A stretch of DNA of 64,000 nucleotides from Raillietiella orientalis. Its lineage: Eukaryota. The position numbers were made by a program, and so were the translations under genes. Every line of letters begins with the position of its first letter. Position 1 is the first letter of the stretch. Below, in pieces: positions 1 through 12,386 of this stretch. The stretch covers positions 434,001 through 498,000 of the forward strand of contig JAYWIR010000014.1 in assembly GCA_036172245.1 (NCBI GenBank), written 5' to 3'. Under the pieces are notes generated by a model. It worked only from the letters and a program-made list of their open reading frames with translations, was not told the DNA's origin and did not search any database.

Positions 1-759
1 GGACTCCTGCAGCATTTTTCGTTTCTGCACGGGTTCGCACGTCGCTAACCGAATGCAAGAAACCTCACAATCTCTGCAGGCCCAACGCGTATAGGGACAC
101 AAGCCGGAACGGAAGAATTTGCCCTACCGAGAAGTTGCATAGACAACAGCCTGCAGATGCTCTGGAAATCGCTTCAGCCTGGACTTCCAAAATTCTCGAA
201 AGTCTCCGTCAGTAATGAACGTCTCAGTTTTCGAGCAGCACACCATGCGAGGTTTTCGTCAGTTTCGATAGGCGAGGTGATGGGAAGACAGTGGTTGTGC
301 GACGCCCACTTCGAGTTTGTGCCTGAGGTCGTCACTTTCGTGCCTTCCGGAACAGCGTGTTCCCTGAGCAGCAGCAGCAGGCAAGCAGGCACGCCTCCAC
401 ATCGGTGATGGCCGCGTCCTGTTGTAGTGCGGTAGGCAAGACACTTCTGCAGAGATTCTCACAACGTCATTTGCGAAGCTGTCCTCCGTGATCGACATGG
501 CCTTGTTCAAGTCGCTCGCTTCCAAGTGCACCTGCTTCAACACTGTAGATGTAGATGGTCTGAATTCTCCTTCCTCTTTCTTTTTTTCTTCTTGCTTTCT
601 TTTGTGCTGTTCTTCTGAAACGCATCAGCCTTTATGGTCTTTCCACTACCAGACTTGGCGGTCACAGCACTGTATTGTGCTAACTTCTACTTTGTACCAG
701 GAAAATGGCTACACGACACTTAATTAACCACAACTCAGCATTTAAATTTTCTACTGCAT

Positions 760-2600
760 AAAATGGCTGTCCCAGGGGAACTCACCATCTGATTATACAG
801 TCGAAACATGACGTGATCGTGATCTCCGTGGTCACCCTTTAACCTGGATGGTGTTCCAGAACATGCCCCCAGACGTCCGGGGTACGCCGCCTATTGGTGC
901 GTGCATTCTCTCCTTCAGTGTTTCATTCTGTATGTTGGGAACTCGTCGTCCTGAGGAACTCACGTTTCCAGAAATTCTACTACAAATGCTGACACCGGCG
1001 TGGGTGCTACCCCTTTGACGGTGGAGGCCGGAATTTGTTCTTTCTTGTCCGCACTTCTTCCAGCGCTGCCTCCGGGTTCTTACACTGGCTGGAAACGTAG
1101 AGTGGGGTGACGGCTCTCGCGCTAAGAGTACCCAATCCAGGAGAAGTCTAATATTAGTTGATCAGGAACCACTAGCTCCGACTTTCTCTACTTCGCTTCT
1201 GTGATTCGGTCGATCAGGAAGTCGTGCTTTATTGCAAATCACCGGATGAAAAGGAAGAGCCCATTCTGCGTTGGGCAGCATCGGGATTGGAATTAGCTAT
1301 TAAGTCAACAGTGAGCAGCTTCGGTTCTCAGGTAGCATTTATGTGGCCGCAAGTCAACCTTTTGCCGTGAAGGCATCGCTCTCCAGAAACGGCGTCAACT
1401 CACGTGGATGGCGCAGAGTATGAACTGTCTCTAGGTCACGCGCTCAATAGTCGCATCTACAACCCAACCATGATTGCGGAGACGTGACAGACTGCGGCAT
1501 AGCCTCAGAGAGCTACTTCGAAGTATCGGTAGCTGGAGGTTTCCAATCAACCTATTGCGGGAATGAGTATAATGCTAAAACTGCACGTAGTGGTTCTCAA
1601 GACAAAAGGAAACGCTCTTCTATTGGATGTTGCGTTTCCCAACGAATACTTTCCAGAAGTGCTGGTAGATGTATGCCAAAGAGAAAATTCAGAAGTTCGC
1701 CTTCACAGGAGGGTTCGCAAACGTAGTAGGATTTCTAGAGGAGGAGCAAGACGTGTCGAGGGAATTGGAAGTTCCGAAGAAACGCATCAGAAAGTAAATA
1801 GTGCTCAAGAATATTCAGCATCCCAGCATTCGTATCGGAAACATCGAAGAGGTATCCGCTTATGATGAAAGAACCCTGCGGAGTCACAACTTTGTCATGG
1901 GGTGAGTTGAAGAGAACAGATAGTATGAGAAGATAATGAAAACTTGCTTCTTCATTTGCCTGCATCACCTTTCGTAACAAAGGTGCATTCGACAAGATTT
2001 GGATAAATTCTCGGTCATGAAGAAATGTTCCGCATAGAGAGGATCGGGAATACTTGTCGCATTTCTTCCTTTCGTTCTTTCTTCGTTTGCTCATGCGATC
2101 ATACAGCTTCTTGTAGCGTGCACTCTCAGGAGCAGCAAGTTTTGGCGGAGGGTTTGTAAGGAGCAGCAATCGTAGGATCTTGGGTGATCTCCGGCTTGCG
2201 GGAAACGACTCAAATCCTTAAAATGACCAAAGAGAGACGTTATAAAGCAACAATCCTCCGATCTAGATGCTTTTCGACAAGTGAATGCCATGCACCTCTA
2301 CATTGGAGACGCATACGCAGGAGGTAAAGCTGAATCATATGCCAGTCAACCACGGATCTCCCAATAGTCATCTTTGGATCACTAGTAAGTGGATGCGTAG
2401 TAAGCATCCATTCTAACTGCTTAGCAGATCTGATGGTTCCGTTAAAACCCCACTGATATATTGGCCGACTAGACAAGTGGTCTCTTACTGAAGCGTCTCG
2501 AAGCGCATGGTTGAAGTTTCGGAATGATGAATAGCTATTTCTCCCAAAGTCACGCGCAGGGGCTAAAAACTGCAGGCCGGATCGTGGCTGCAAGCTGTTC
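760..2600 (-). pseudogene. Decayed Mononegavirales-like L (RdRp) endogenous viral element (EVE-A)
   Basis: Co-linear degenerate motifs on the minus strand across frameshifts: SLFGHFK..GDHP (~2237-2181, block I GHP-like); TPQGSFIISGYLF...LEHYLLSDAFLRNF (~1885-1770, premotif A register, in ORF 1735..2169); TS(D)FxKYSL (~1668-1645, motif A-like); RQKx(W)T (~1367-1352, motif B); SGDLQ (1246-1232, GDNQ-like motif C). Compared from memory with rhabdo/paramyxovirus L. Confidence 0.5.
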
Positions 2601-2814
2601 TAAAAGTTTCGGATGCAGACTATTGGCAATATGTAAAAAGAACCTGCGGGAAAAACATCTTATAACTCACAAAGCTCTGAAAAACTGAAAAAAATTCCAA
2701 ATCTTTTTTCCCGCATCTTGATGAGAGATTTTATTTATGCAGATTGTGATGCATCGCGAGTGTTTTATACATGAAAAAAATGCACTTTTTATTTTGTTTT
2801 TTTTTTAAAAAAAT

Positions 2815-2915
2815 AAAGTTCGAAAATCCCCAACATGAAAAGGTGATACCATGCTAAAGCTCTCACGGTCTGCTCCATTAGCCAGGTTCAAACCAGCGTT
2901 CGATCCAGGACTAGT
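2815..2915 (+). repeat. Cluster of tRNA T-loop/B-box-like fragments (array 1)
   Basis: gttcgaaaatccc (2818-2830), ggttcaaacc (2885-2894) and gttcgatccaggactagtgc (from 2898). Several units end in CCA. No complete cloverleaf. Confidence 0.4.
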
Positions 2916-2919
2916 GCTG

Positions 2920-5900
2920 TGTGAGAGAAGATAGCATTATCACAATAAGAAATGGGAAAACAATTGTGTCATTCGTATTCCCACCCCGAATTCACCAGCT
3001 CACCATAAGTCCAAGAGTAGGATGTAAAACAAACGCCAGGAAAAGGTGGAGATCGTGGAAGGTGAGAGTTTTTGATTGTAATGAGAAGTTGGAATGTGGA
3101 CCTTTGAGTTTTCAATAGACGAAACACTAAGCAACAGAGTTGTTGTTTTCCAAGTGATCTTTGAATAGTGATGGAACACATTTATGAGCAAATGTGGTCA
3201 CTGCTACCGGAGAATGATTTCATTAAAAATGCATCTCTGTGAAATCCAGGATTCTTTTTGCTTGGAAAACGATGCTATAAAAATTGAATACACCCAGCTT
3301 AACCCCTCTGGTTGAGAATTTCATCTGCCTTTCGATTACGAATTGCAATAGAAACCTTCTTAGTGCAATTGCAGCGGTTCCTACTCATTCAAAAGACTAG
3401 ATCAAATGACATGACATCAAACATACATTGCATGACCAGAAAATCTTTGGGCACTTTCCAAGTGAGACTGGGCATCACTTGCTTTGCCCTTTGTCACGTC
3501 TGCAAGTATGACTAATTCCGCACTCTTCATTGTGGCTCCTGGTGGAATGATACTCAACTTTAGAACTCTTCATATGATCAAGACGATGAGAACAATGGAT
3601 CCTTCCTTGAAGTCTTGTAATCATATCACTAAATAATGCATGAAAATTATGGTCACCGTCTTGAGCAAGACAGTGACGCATTCTTTCTTCACAAGTGATC
3701 TGTTGTGAAGAAAAGTAGTCCAAGTGGTCTTGAGTAATCGAATTTCTTTGACACATGAAATACCATTTTCGGCATCTTTCTAGAGCATATTTGTTGATTG
3801 GCTTACGATATCTCCATGTTCTGGATGTAGCTGGTCAAGTCAAATTATCTCTTCCTGTGGCTGAAGTTTGATAAAACAAAATAAAATGAAAGTCCGGATC
3901 ACGACGTTCATCTTAGTTGGCAGCGAAGTAGCATTTTCTAGTGCATTTCGTCCCGAGTTTCAAAAGCATTGCTCTTTTTAGTTTCGTCCGATCTTCTCCA
4001 TCCCCGTTGCCGAGGAAGCCACCAGTTGTTTTTTTCCAGATCGAATCGCTTTGACAGAATACTTAACCATCGGGGATATCACCAAATCATGTCTTTTTGA
4101 TAATACTAAGAACATAATTATTGATCAGGCTACGCGTTTTCCATAACAGCTTGAAGACATGCGTTTCCAACAGCTGGAGAATAATGGGTTTTGAACTTGA
4201 GATCGTCCAACTAGAAATGTTATCGTATCGTTAGATATGAATACGTGTGCATCTGCATCTAAACGGAGCATATTTGTTTCCGAATTCTTTCAGCAACACA
4301 TTCAAAACAGTTTCCTCTATTGCGCTCTTTCAAAATACATCTAGTTTTTAACTGCAGTTTTGGGATACAAATGTGCAACTCTTAATAGACGATTCACCTT
4401 CCTAATTAATACCTGCTGCTCAAATAATCTGCTCTCAGAGTTCCTCTGTCAAGCATATCCTTTCTGAAAACGATCGAATTTAAGGCAAGGTTGAGAGTTA
4501 CAATTTCCTTTAATGGTCTTTGCGCACGAGTGCCGTTCTGATTTAGATCAAGCATACTAACCGATTTCCTGGTTTAATCAAAGGTGGACACGGAGGCCGT
4601 GTTTTATCTTTGCGAAGGTGAGGTCCTTTTATACCTCGTGAAGCGAAGGAGCGCTCCAGTAGGATTGATTTTCAAAGTGGCCTGTGAAACACTGTTTATC
4701 AACTGCAAACATTACTTCAGCAAAGGAATCACAGTAACTGCTGAACTAATGCAGAACCTGAAAGCAAATTAATGCTCAACATTCGAGCAAGCAATATTTG
4801 TGCAAGGTGCACGAGTAGGACCGTCGTAGAAAAAATGAAGCAGGCCATTGTACTGACACTGAGCATGCTCCACGATTGTCATCTTGTTCCCTTAGTTTCA
4901 TCACTTATGAGCTCACTTCTTTCAGCCTTTATGATTTGCAAAGTCAGATTCTGGATCTTTAGAATGAAGGACGGGATTCGTATATCAGCATTCCTAAATA
5001 CCGAAATTTTCCTCAAGTTTTGAAATTTTTTGAATATCCAGTAAATTGAATTGTAATCTTGTTGATTGCTTGCGGATTCATTGAGCTCTAAACAGATAGT
5101 CTGAGTATACATCATTGCCACTCACTTTGTCTTACTAACGAATATTTGATCACTAATGTTTTACTTTTGTACTCATAAGTTTCTGAGATTAAAGCATCTC
5201 ATGTGCTATTAGTCATCTCTTCTTAAGATCATATTTGGTTTAGAGTGTTATTTTGGATGCATTCCGAAATAATCTCGTGATAAAAAAGCCTGAGTGAAAA
5301 TAAGAATAATACTTATATGGTATTGAAAAACAAACTTTAGCACCTACGTACACACTGTTGTGTAGGAGTATTGATGAACCAATATAGGTGTTCACAAGTG
5401 CACATGCTAGATGCTTTTTAGATTGTAAAGAAAATAATGAAAATATCATGGGGAATAAAGACACTTATGAAAATTAAGTTAATGCCGACTGAGTGTAAAT
5501 GAGCTAAGAAAAAAGCTAAAAAAAATACAAAAATGAAACTTCCACATTGTAAATTACTAAGTTTGGATCATCATGGAAATTCTCACATGCCAACATCGCT
5601 TGAGCTTCTTCTTTCATAGAATTGTATGATGAATGCACTTAACTGGTAGGAAAGACACACTAGCAATAAGACACATCCAATGATGCTCCATGGTCTCCAT
5701 CCTAAGATTCTCACCAGAGGAGCTCCGATAAAGGGAACAGCTATGATAATGACAGCTTATAATATTGCTCGGTGACAAAGACAACGATTGCTGTTGCTAT
5801 CTTTCAGACACACCCATATAGGTCTTCAGCTACTTTCCTTCAGAATTGGTCGGGAAAAGTGCTTGGTTCGTTCTGTAGTTGATGATCATTGCGAACGTGA

Positions 5901-8900
5901 GGTATCTGCAAGCAAATGATACTCCAGGTCTTTAAGCAAAATGATTTCCTATCGAAAGAGATATGGGTATAGGAATGTGAAACTGAAAGATTGCTTGAAA
6001 AGCAATGCTGATGAGTAGCCGAAGCGATGATTTGTGCAGCAAATGCAAAAAAACAGTGTCCACCATAAGAAACTACAATTTAAACAAAAAGGGTTATATT
6101 TGACCACCAGAAAAGAAAAAAAGCATCTTTCTTATCTTTTGGAATAGATTTACAAGGCACAACTACATCCTTAAAAAAATAGTGAAGTGAAATTTTTGTC
6201 AGCATATCACTGGAACTAGCCTCAAAAACTCACATCTTCAATGTGAAGAGACTGAAAAGATTACCTAAGACATTGAGAAATTGGTTGCACTCTGTACACT
6301 CACATTAAAGTACACTGGGGAACTTGATGAAGGTATTATAAACTTGCGTTGAAACAATCTATTCCGATCTCTAGGACACTTAAAGTAACAACTCTTCGAA
6401 AGGCATGACTTAAAATAACATTTTAGTTCGCAAAAATTTTCGGGAAGCGTTGGTCCATCTGCATGTAAGCTCTGATATGGGTTTTAGAAATGGAATAGAT
6501 GAGTGAGACACCTTAGCTTAAACTCGAGCCGCCGATCGCTTATTTGGCTAAGATCAAAGTGCAGCGGAGCCGACAACACTGAACCGCGTGCCGAGGAACA
6601 GGCCGTGGAAGATGACAACCTAAGTTGGTATCAAGAAGCAGCTAGTGACGATTGCCCTGAAGAACTCGACCCCCCACCCATTAGTGAACTCCCTCGAAAA
6701 GTGGGAAACCTCCACAACCCGTGCCGCTTCCTGTTTGCCTTCCGTGGCCCTCTGAACACGGAGGAGCCGCCGTGGGGTTAGCAGAACCCCCCTCCAGCTT
6801 ATTCGAAGAGGTCTTCTCAAGTGCTACATTTTGTGCGCCCCCAGGATCAACGGACGAAAATATCCCAGGACCATGAGTGACGTCCCGTCAAAAGAGATTC
6901 AGCATCCCGGAATATTCAACTTGCGAATGATGCTATGGATACTGGGAATCGGCAATATCAGCCTTGTTTCCGTCCATTTTGTATACGAGCTCCTTCCAAA
7001 GGAGGAACCATGTATCTTTTAAAGTAATAAAGACGTTATTCTTTCTAAGCGTTCTTCAGACTCAGTCATTGGCATCAGTCGAAGTGCTTCAGCATTAGAG
7101 TACTCTAATTTACTTCCATCTTTGAACTGAAATTCCATTCCCATTTTATGAAATAAAAATGAAATTAGATATCTTTCCAGATATAGTTTATTACTCCACG
7201 AAATGAGATTTACAAGGATGCAATTTTATTTTGCTTTGAAATTTCTCAAGGTGATCTGTATTTCAGGATGCGAGGAATGTTCATGATTGTTGGCATGTTC
7301 TTTTAATCTGGGGTCATATTCGGCAGGTTCTTGGCTTGAAGGGTAGCTGAGAATATAGGTTTTCCAGTGCTAGAACTTTCGTCATGTCCTGCCAATATGT
7401 TCATTTTGTGAAGTTGCAGACAGCATGGCATTCGCATGCTTTTTACATGGCATTTTTGCTTCATCTGATGTTTCACTCATACAGAGGTATAGATAGATAT
7501 TTACGATTGTGGTTCCAAGATTTTAAAAGAATTTCCATCTAGAATCAAATGAAGATTCACAAGAATTTCTGTGAGAATTTCCTGAATCAGTCAGTGAGTG
7601 TTGAGTTAGGATCTCAATGACTGATGCAGAAATTTGAATAATTGTGACTTCTTACCTCTTAACCTCCATTCGTGCTTCTAAATGTAGGTAGCAAGTGCTT
7701 AATACTCTGAGGGATTTCCTAGAGACATGATTGCTGAGAAAAATGCCGCCTAATACTGCTATGAGTTTTTAAAGATGTAAATTTTCATGTCCATTCCACA
7801 AGAAACCTCATACTTAATTTTTTATACCCCTTTCACAATTGCATTCAACTAACGACCTTCATTTTTTATATCCTTATGTCTGCATTCAGCTAACGACCTG
7901 CGAAACTGCTCCGGCCTTCACCTGAATTGTCCAGACCTCCGTGGAAGGCACTCTGAATTTTCGAACTACATAAGTTCGATTTTGCATTCCTATTTCACTT
8001 GTATATTTATCCCGTTATTTTTCTCTGCCAACTACAAGGTGTTTCGTCAGCCTTGACAATCTTTTTTTGTGGATTCTCTCTATTGTAAGAAGACTCCCAG
8101 AAGTCTTTATCAGTTATCCATCATAAGCACTAGTTTATCTCCTTTGGTAGAGATTGAATGTTGTGAAAAAAATTGTAGTATGCTCGTATCCACCTGTGAT
8201 TCACCTCTTCAGCTTTATGGTAGACACGATATGGAAATTGCATGCATTCTGGGAGTTCAGTATTCAATTTTATCAAATTGCTCTATAGTTGGAAATTCTC
8301 TTTAAATCTTCGCAAGAAATGCACGGTGCGGATACGCTAAGGATAATTTTCAGTTAAAAGCATCGCAAATGTCGGTCCATTTTACCTCTGCCCTTTATAG
8401 AATGCTTTGGCAAAGATTGATTGACAAAGATTGTTCAGCTTCATAATCTCATTCATTAAAAGGGGTAGCTTTTTCTTTGTTTTCAGGAGTCATCCATTCT
8501 TAACAAATGAAGTTTGCGGATGAAGCATACGCAATCAAGGCGATCTGTTAATTGAGTTCAGAACGTATCTTCCCAGATAAGGACAATCGCTCTCTAATAA
8601 CTCATGAAGAGTCTCAAAAAAGCATTTCCCCTGTATCCTCTACGAACAGGCGTAAACATTTGTAAAAAAAAGCTTTAACTATGTTCTTCGTTTGTAAGGA
8701 GTCCTTGGTCAGATTCCCACAATTTATTTTCCCCGCAACACCCATTTAGTATATCGTTCTATTTTTCTCCAGAAGTTTCCGGTTGAATCAGCTGCTGGAA
8801 AGAAATGGGGCTTAGAAACAATGAGCTGACTATTGCAGGCTCACTAAAGAAAATTCCTTAATGGATAAGTATCTCACCTTTTTCCTCTAACAAACCTTCA

Positions 8901-9000
8901 AGGGAAATTTCCATCTCTTTGAATAGTGGTTTCTTTGAATCCAAATGCATAGTTCTCGCGGTGCCTGCTTTGGTTTCATCTATAGATCCCATTAGAAAAG
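2920..9000 (-). pseudogene. Near full-length decayed Haploviricotina-like (mononega/ophio-like) L gene EVE (EVE-B)
   Basis: Ordered motifs on the minus strand: MHLDSKKPL (~8950); AFY/AEVN (~8400); IKHLLPTF (~7700); HLILD..KSWNHNRKYLSIPLY (~7550-7480, motif A-like); SWSNKLY (~7198) then EYSNA (7102-7091, possibly YSDD) 32 codons later; FG..TKWTET (~6980, motif D-like); LMGGG (~6675); YIGSS (~5386, GxxT-like); GFLGNGDG (4020-3997, methyltransferase GxGxG-like). AT-rich, many stops and frameshifts. Confidence 0.5.
7817..7900. repeat. Imperfect ~44 bp tandem duplication
   Basis: attttttata...tgcattcaactaacgacct followed by attttttata...tgcattcagctaacgacct. Confidence 0.8.
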
Positions 9001-12000
9001 TCTGTGAGCCTATGTGTTATTAGTGCCGTCAGCGGCCAGCATTCGAAGTTCGGCGCGCCGATTTCCTTTCTTGCCATCGTGATTTCATTAGAGAGATTTG
9101 CTGATGGCCAAGTTTAGAGTTTCCTTCTTTGTCTGTCATCTCCTCAGGACCAATGTTTCCTCTAGAGAGGTGCTGATTCGGTCAGCCAATTTTCAACACG
9201 GACACGCTCATCAATAGTGTTTCCACGTCCACTCGAAATAGTAGCTGCATTTCGTATACACAGCGAAAAAAAGCACAGAGTGGACCTGCTAGACAATGCT
9301 GATGCTGTATTCCTCATTAGCTGCGCTATTAGCTGCTTTATTCTTTCCTGTGAAAGAGAATACATAAGTCTAATTTGAACTTATTTCCGTTGCTGGGCAG
9401 CGGAGTGTAAACCCCGATATTTCAAGTAGTCCTGGAATTAAAAATGTCAGGTTGGTTTCACAGACCAGCTGCAGCTTAAAGAAAGCGTCCTATGCATCAG
9501 TATCCTCCTGCATGAAACTGTGTTTTTCAGCAAGCCCTAATCACTTGGAGAGAAAGAGAAAGAAACTATAATTCGATAACATCTTGTCAACAGCACCGCG
9601 TTCCCAGAGACAGTTCGGCCGTGGAGCACGGCCTCTTCATCTAGAACGTCTTCCTGGGCTAGTACCAGTGAGGGAGAGAGCGACGCCGGATCTCAAGGGC
9701 ATTAGGGAGAATGCACATCTCATGGTCCTTGGTGAGCCTCCAGGAGTTCAATAGACAGGGAGCGACCCTGGTTTCCCTCTCGCTCCTCTTCCCATCTCAC
9801 TGCTTCTCTCCAGTCAGGTGCTCTCATCTACTTCGGAAAGAGCAATAGCAGCGCGGTCATCTTAGAGAGGGGAAGAGAGTGAACCTGGTATATGTCTCCA
9901 AGTCGCAGTCGTCCCTGACCTGGGCCCTCAATGGGATGCACCTACACGAGGATGCTCCAGCGGTGCCGTCGCCAACGAAGAGAACAGATCCAGAGGGCAA
10001 GACACGGCCGACCTGCACTGGGTGGCCCAGCCACTTAGACAGCAAGGCCAACCTTAGCTGCCATGCTCAGCACCTCTCTTCTCAGTTTCCTTACCCTTCG
10101 CGACCTTAATGAGTACCCGGTAGGGACAAAAAGGTCAGCAAAGGGAAAGATGTTCCCTTGTGCCATTCCGGAACGCCGCGGGGCCAGATCATGATTGTAG
10201 GATGAAGAAACCTGTTCCTGCATCCAGTTTTTTTTAGTGTATTTTTATTATTTGCATTTAGTTTTTTAATTATCTTTTATTATTTGTGTAATGTTTTGAT
10301 AAATGACTTTTTGTCTGCACTATGCTATTTGTGCTTCCTGCACTGGTACTCCTCGTCCTCCAGGGAGATGTTCTGGATGAAGAGGTCGTGCTCCCCAGCC
10401 GAACTGCCTCTGGGAACGCAGTGCTTCTGGCATGTTATTAGATGATGATTTCTTTCTTCGTAATGTTCTTTCTAAAACCTCAAGAAAGTCCTTATCCAAG
10501 GAGACTTCCAATGTTGCAACTTTGAAACCCTAAAAAATCCCTCTCAAAAACTCCTTTACAAAAATAAAAAAAAATTAAATGGAGGAAATGCAGATGGTGT
10601 TTACCAGAAATTGCTACAATAGCAAAACTGCGTGCTTTCTGAGTTTTATCAGCCATTAAATTGGATGCAATTTAAGCTGGATAAGGGTAGTATGGGTTTG
10701 CTCGACTCGTCTTCTTAAAGCAATTATTCACTATAACGTGCATTCTTCAAATAAGTGAGGAAGCTAATTCACTTCTGCAGCATTAAACCTTCATTCTGAG
10801 TTTTATCATTCTCATCTCTTAAGGCATTTCGTGCTTCTTGAAGAAGGATGTCAGTAGATTTCTTCCCTTGTTCCGTCTGAATCTTCTTATGCAATTAGCT
10901 TTTTCTGTTTCCCTCCCCCAAAAGATTCAAAAGTTTCAAGCCGTCTCCTCTTTTCCAAGCACTTGATCAAAGATGCCTCAGAGGGACCCATTCGCACTCC
11001 AAAACCAGTTCTTGAGAACACAATCGGCAGTTGGTTTAGGGAGTCGGTGATCCTGCCATGTGTTCTCCCATCAAGCAGGATTCACACTCACCGTTCGCCT
11101 TTTTTCTGGGAAAAAAAAACATTAATGATAATTTATTCAAGTGGTGTATGTGAGATCTATTTCCATTCACTCTCTCTCTAAAAAATACGTAAACCTGTAC
11201 ACGAAAGAGAGCACACACAGAGAGACGCGTATAAGTGCAAGCATCCGTGATAATGCGCTTGACCTGATCCATGTTTTCCAGTTTGGTGACTTCCTTACAT
11301 GAAACCTGCTTATTGTTAGCTGCCTTCTACACATGTCTACGCTTACGCCTCTGGGCATGTATTTGTATTGTATGCAGATCTATGCAACTGGAGGCTACCT
11401 AAAAAGAGATCTACGGCTGGTTGAGCAATGCACCAACTAAATATTTCTTCTCCAGTGAAAACAAAAGTGCTCCCCTTCTTGGTCATTTCTGGTTTCCTGT
11501 TTTTCCTTGCGCTCTCCTCTCAAAAAGACAATCTGAATGAACTAAGAGCTCCTCTCGAGGTCCGAGAGAATCTCAAAGGTCGCACAAGCACAAATAGCCT
11601 CGTCTACATGTGGCGCGGGTTTTTTTAGCTGCAGGAGTTCTCCCATGCATACACTCGCAAGTCTCTCGGTCTGGTAACTCTTCGTTTCGTCCACCGAATA
11701 GAAATGGACGCTTCCTTCTCCCAACTGCAACCTTCCTGCAGCCACGTGACAGATCCCATTTTCGTCGCGAGAGATGTCATACGGAACTTTGTTTCATCTT
11801 CCGCAACCATCCTACTCGGATGCTGCTCTCTGGCAGCAGATGCAAGTGTTGAGAGTAAATCTGGAGAGTGGAAGAATCGGTTCCGCTGTACGACAGGGTA
11901 TTCCGGGCTAGGCGTTGGGCTGCTTCGGCACCACGAATGCCCCTACACCTCGAGTCCATGTCCCTAAGGCAGACAAGAAACTTGCTGGAACACTGCTTGA

Positions 12001-12386
12001 ACAAAAATCGTTTGATTGCTTCACATGCTTCCAGCTTTAGCTCCTTGCAGCATTACGTGCTATTTGAATATCCCTCCGGACTCGAGAAAACTCGTACTCC
12101 ACCGGTCCTCTCTCTCTTCATGCTGCTGTTAGGGGACGCATCCCCCACGTCAGCGAGAGGACGAGGACAGAGTCCACGAAAAACAGAACGAACAACCTCT
12201 TGACGAGAGAAAAACCAAGTGGCAGCAGTCTGAAAATAGTGAAAGGACGATTCCCTACCATATATGTTTCTCGGAACAACTTTCCCAGCTCTGGGAACCA
12301 ATTAAGCGCGAGAGAGTGCCTATTATTCATTCTTAAATTTGTAATTTTCAAATTTGAGCTATAAATATCAAGAATCAAGTTCTAAT

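Noticed and set aside
30..560. Possible LINE ORF1 zinc knuckle on the minus strand
   Set aside because: Cys/His spacing is not canonical and the region is cut by the window edge.
5600..5760. Transmembrane-like peptide (AVIIIAVPFIGAPLVRILGWRPWSIIGCV)
   Set aside because: Lies within the co-linear EVE-B L motifs; no independent gene structure.
7094..7109. 16-bp perfect palindrome attagagtactctaat
   Set aside because: Single occurrence with no context; about one such palindrome is expected by chance in 64 kb.
9600..10300. Possible LINE 3' end with T-rich tail
   Set aside because: No zf-RVT or RT motif could be identified with confidence.
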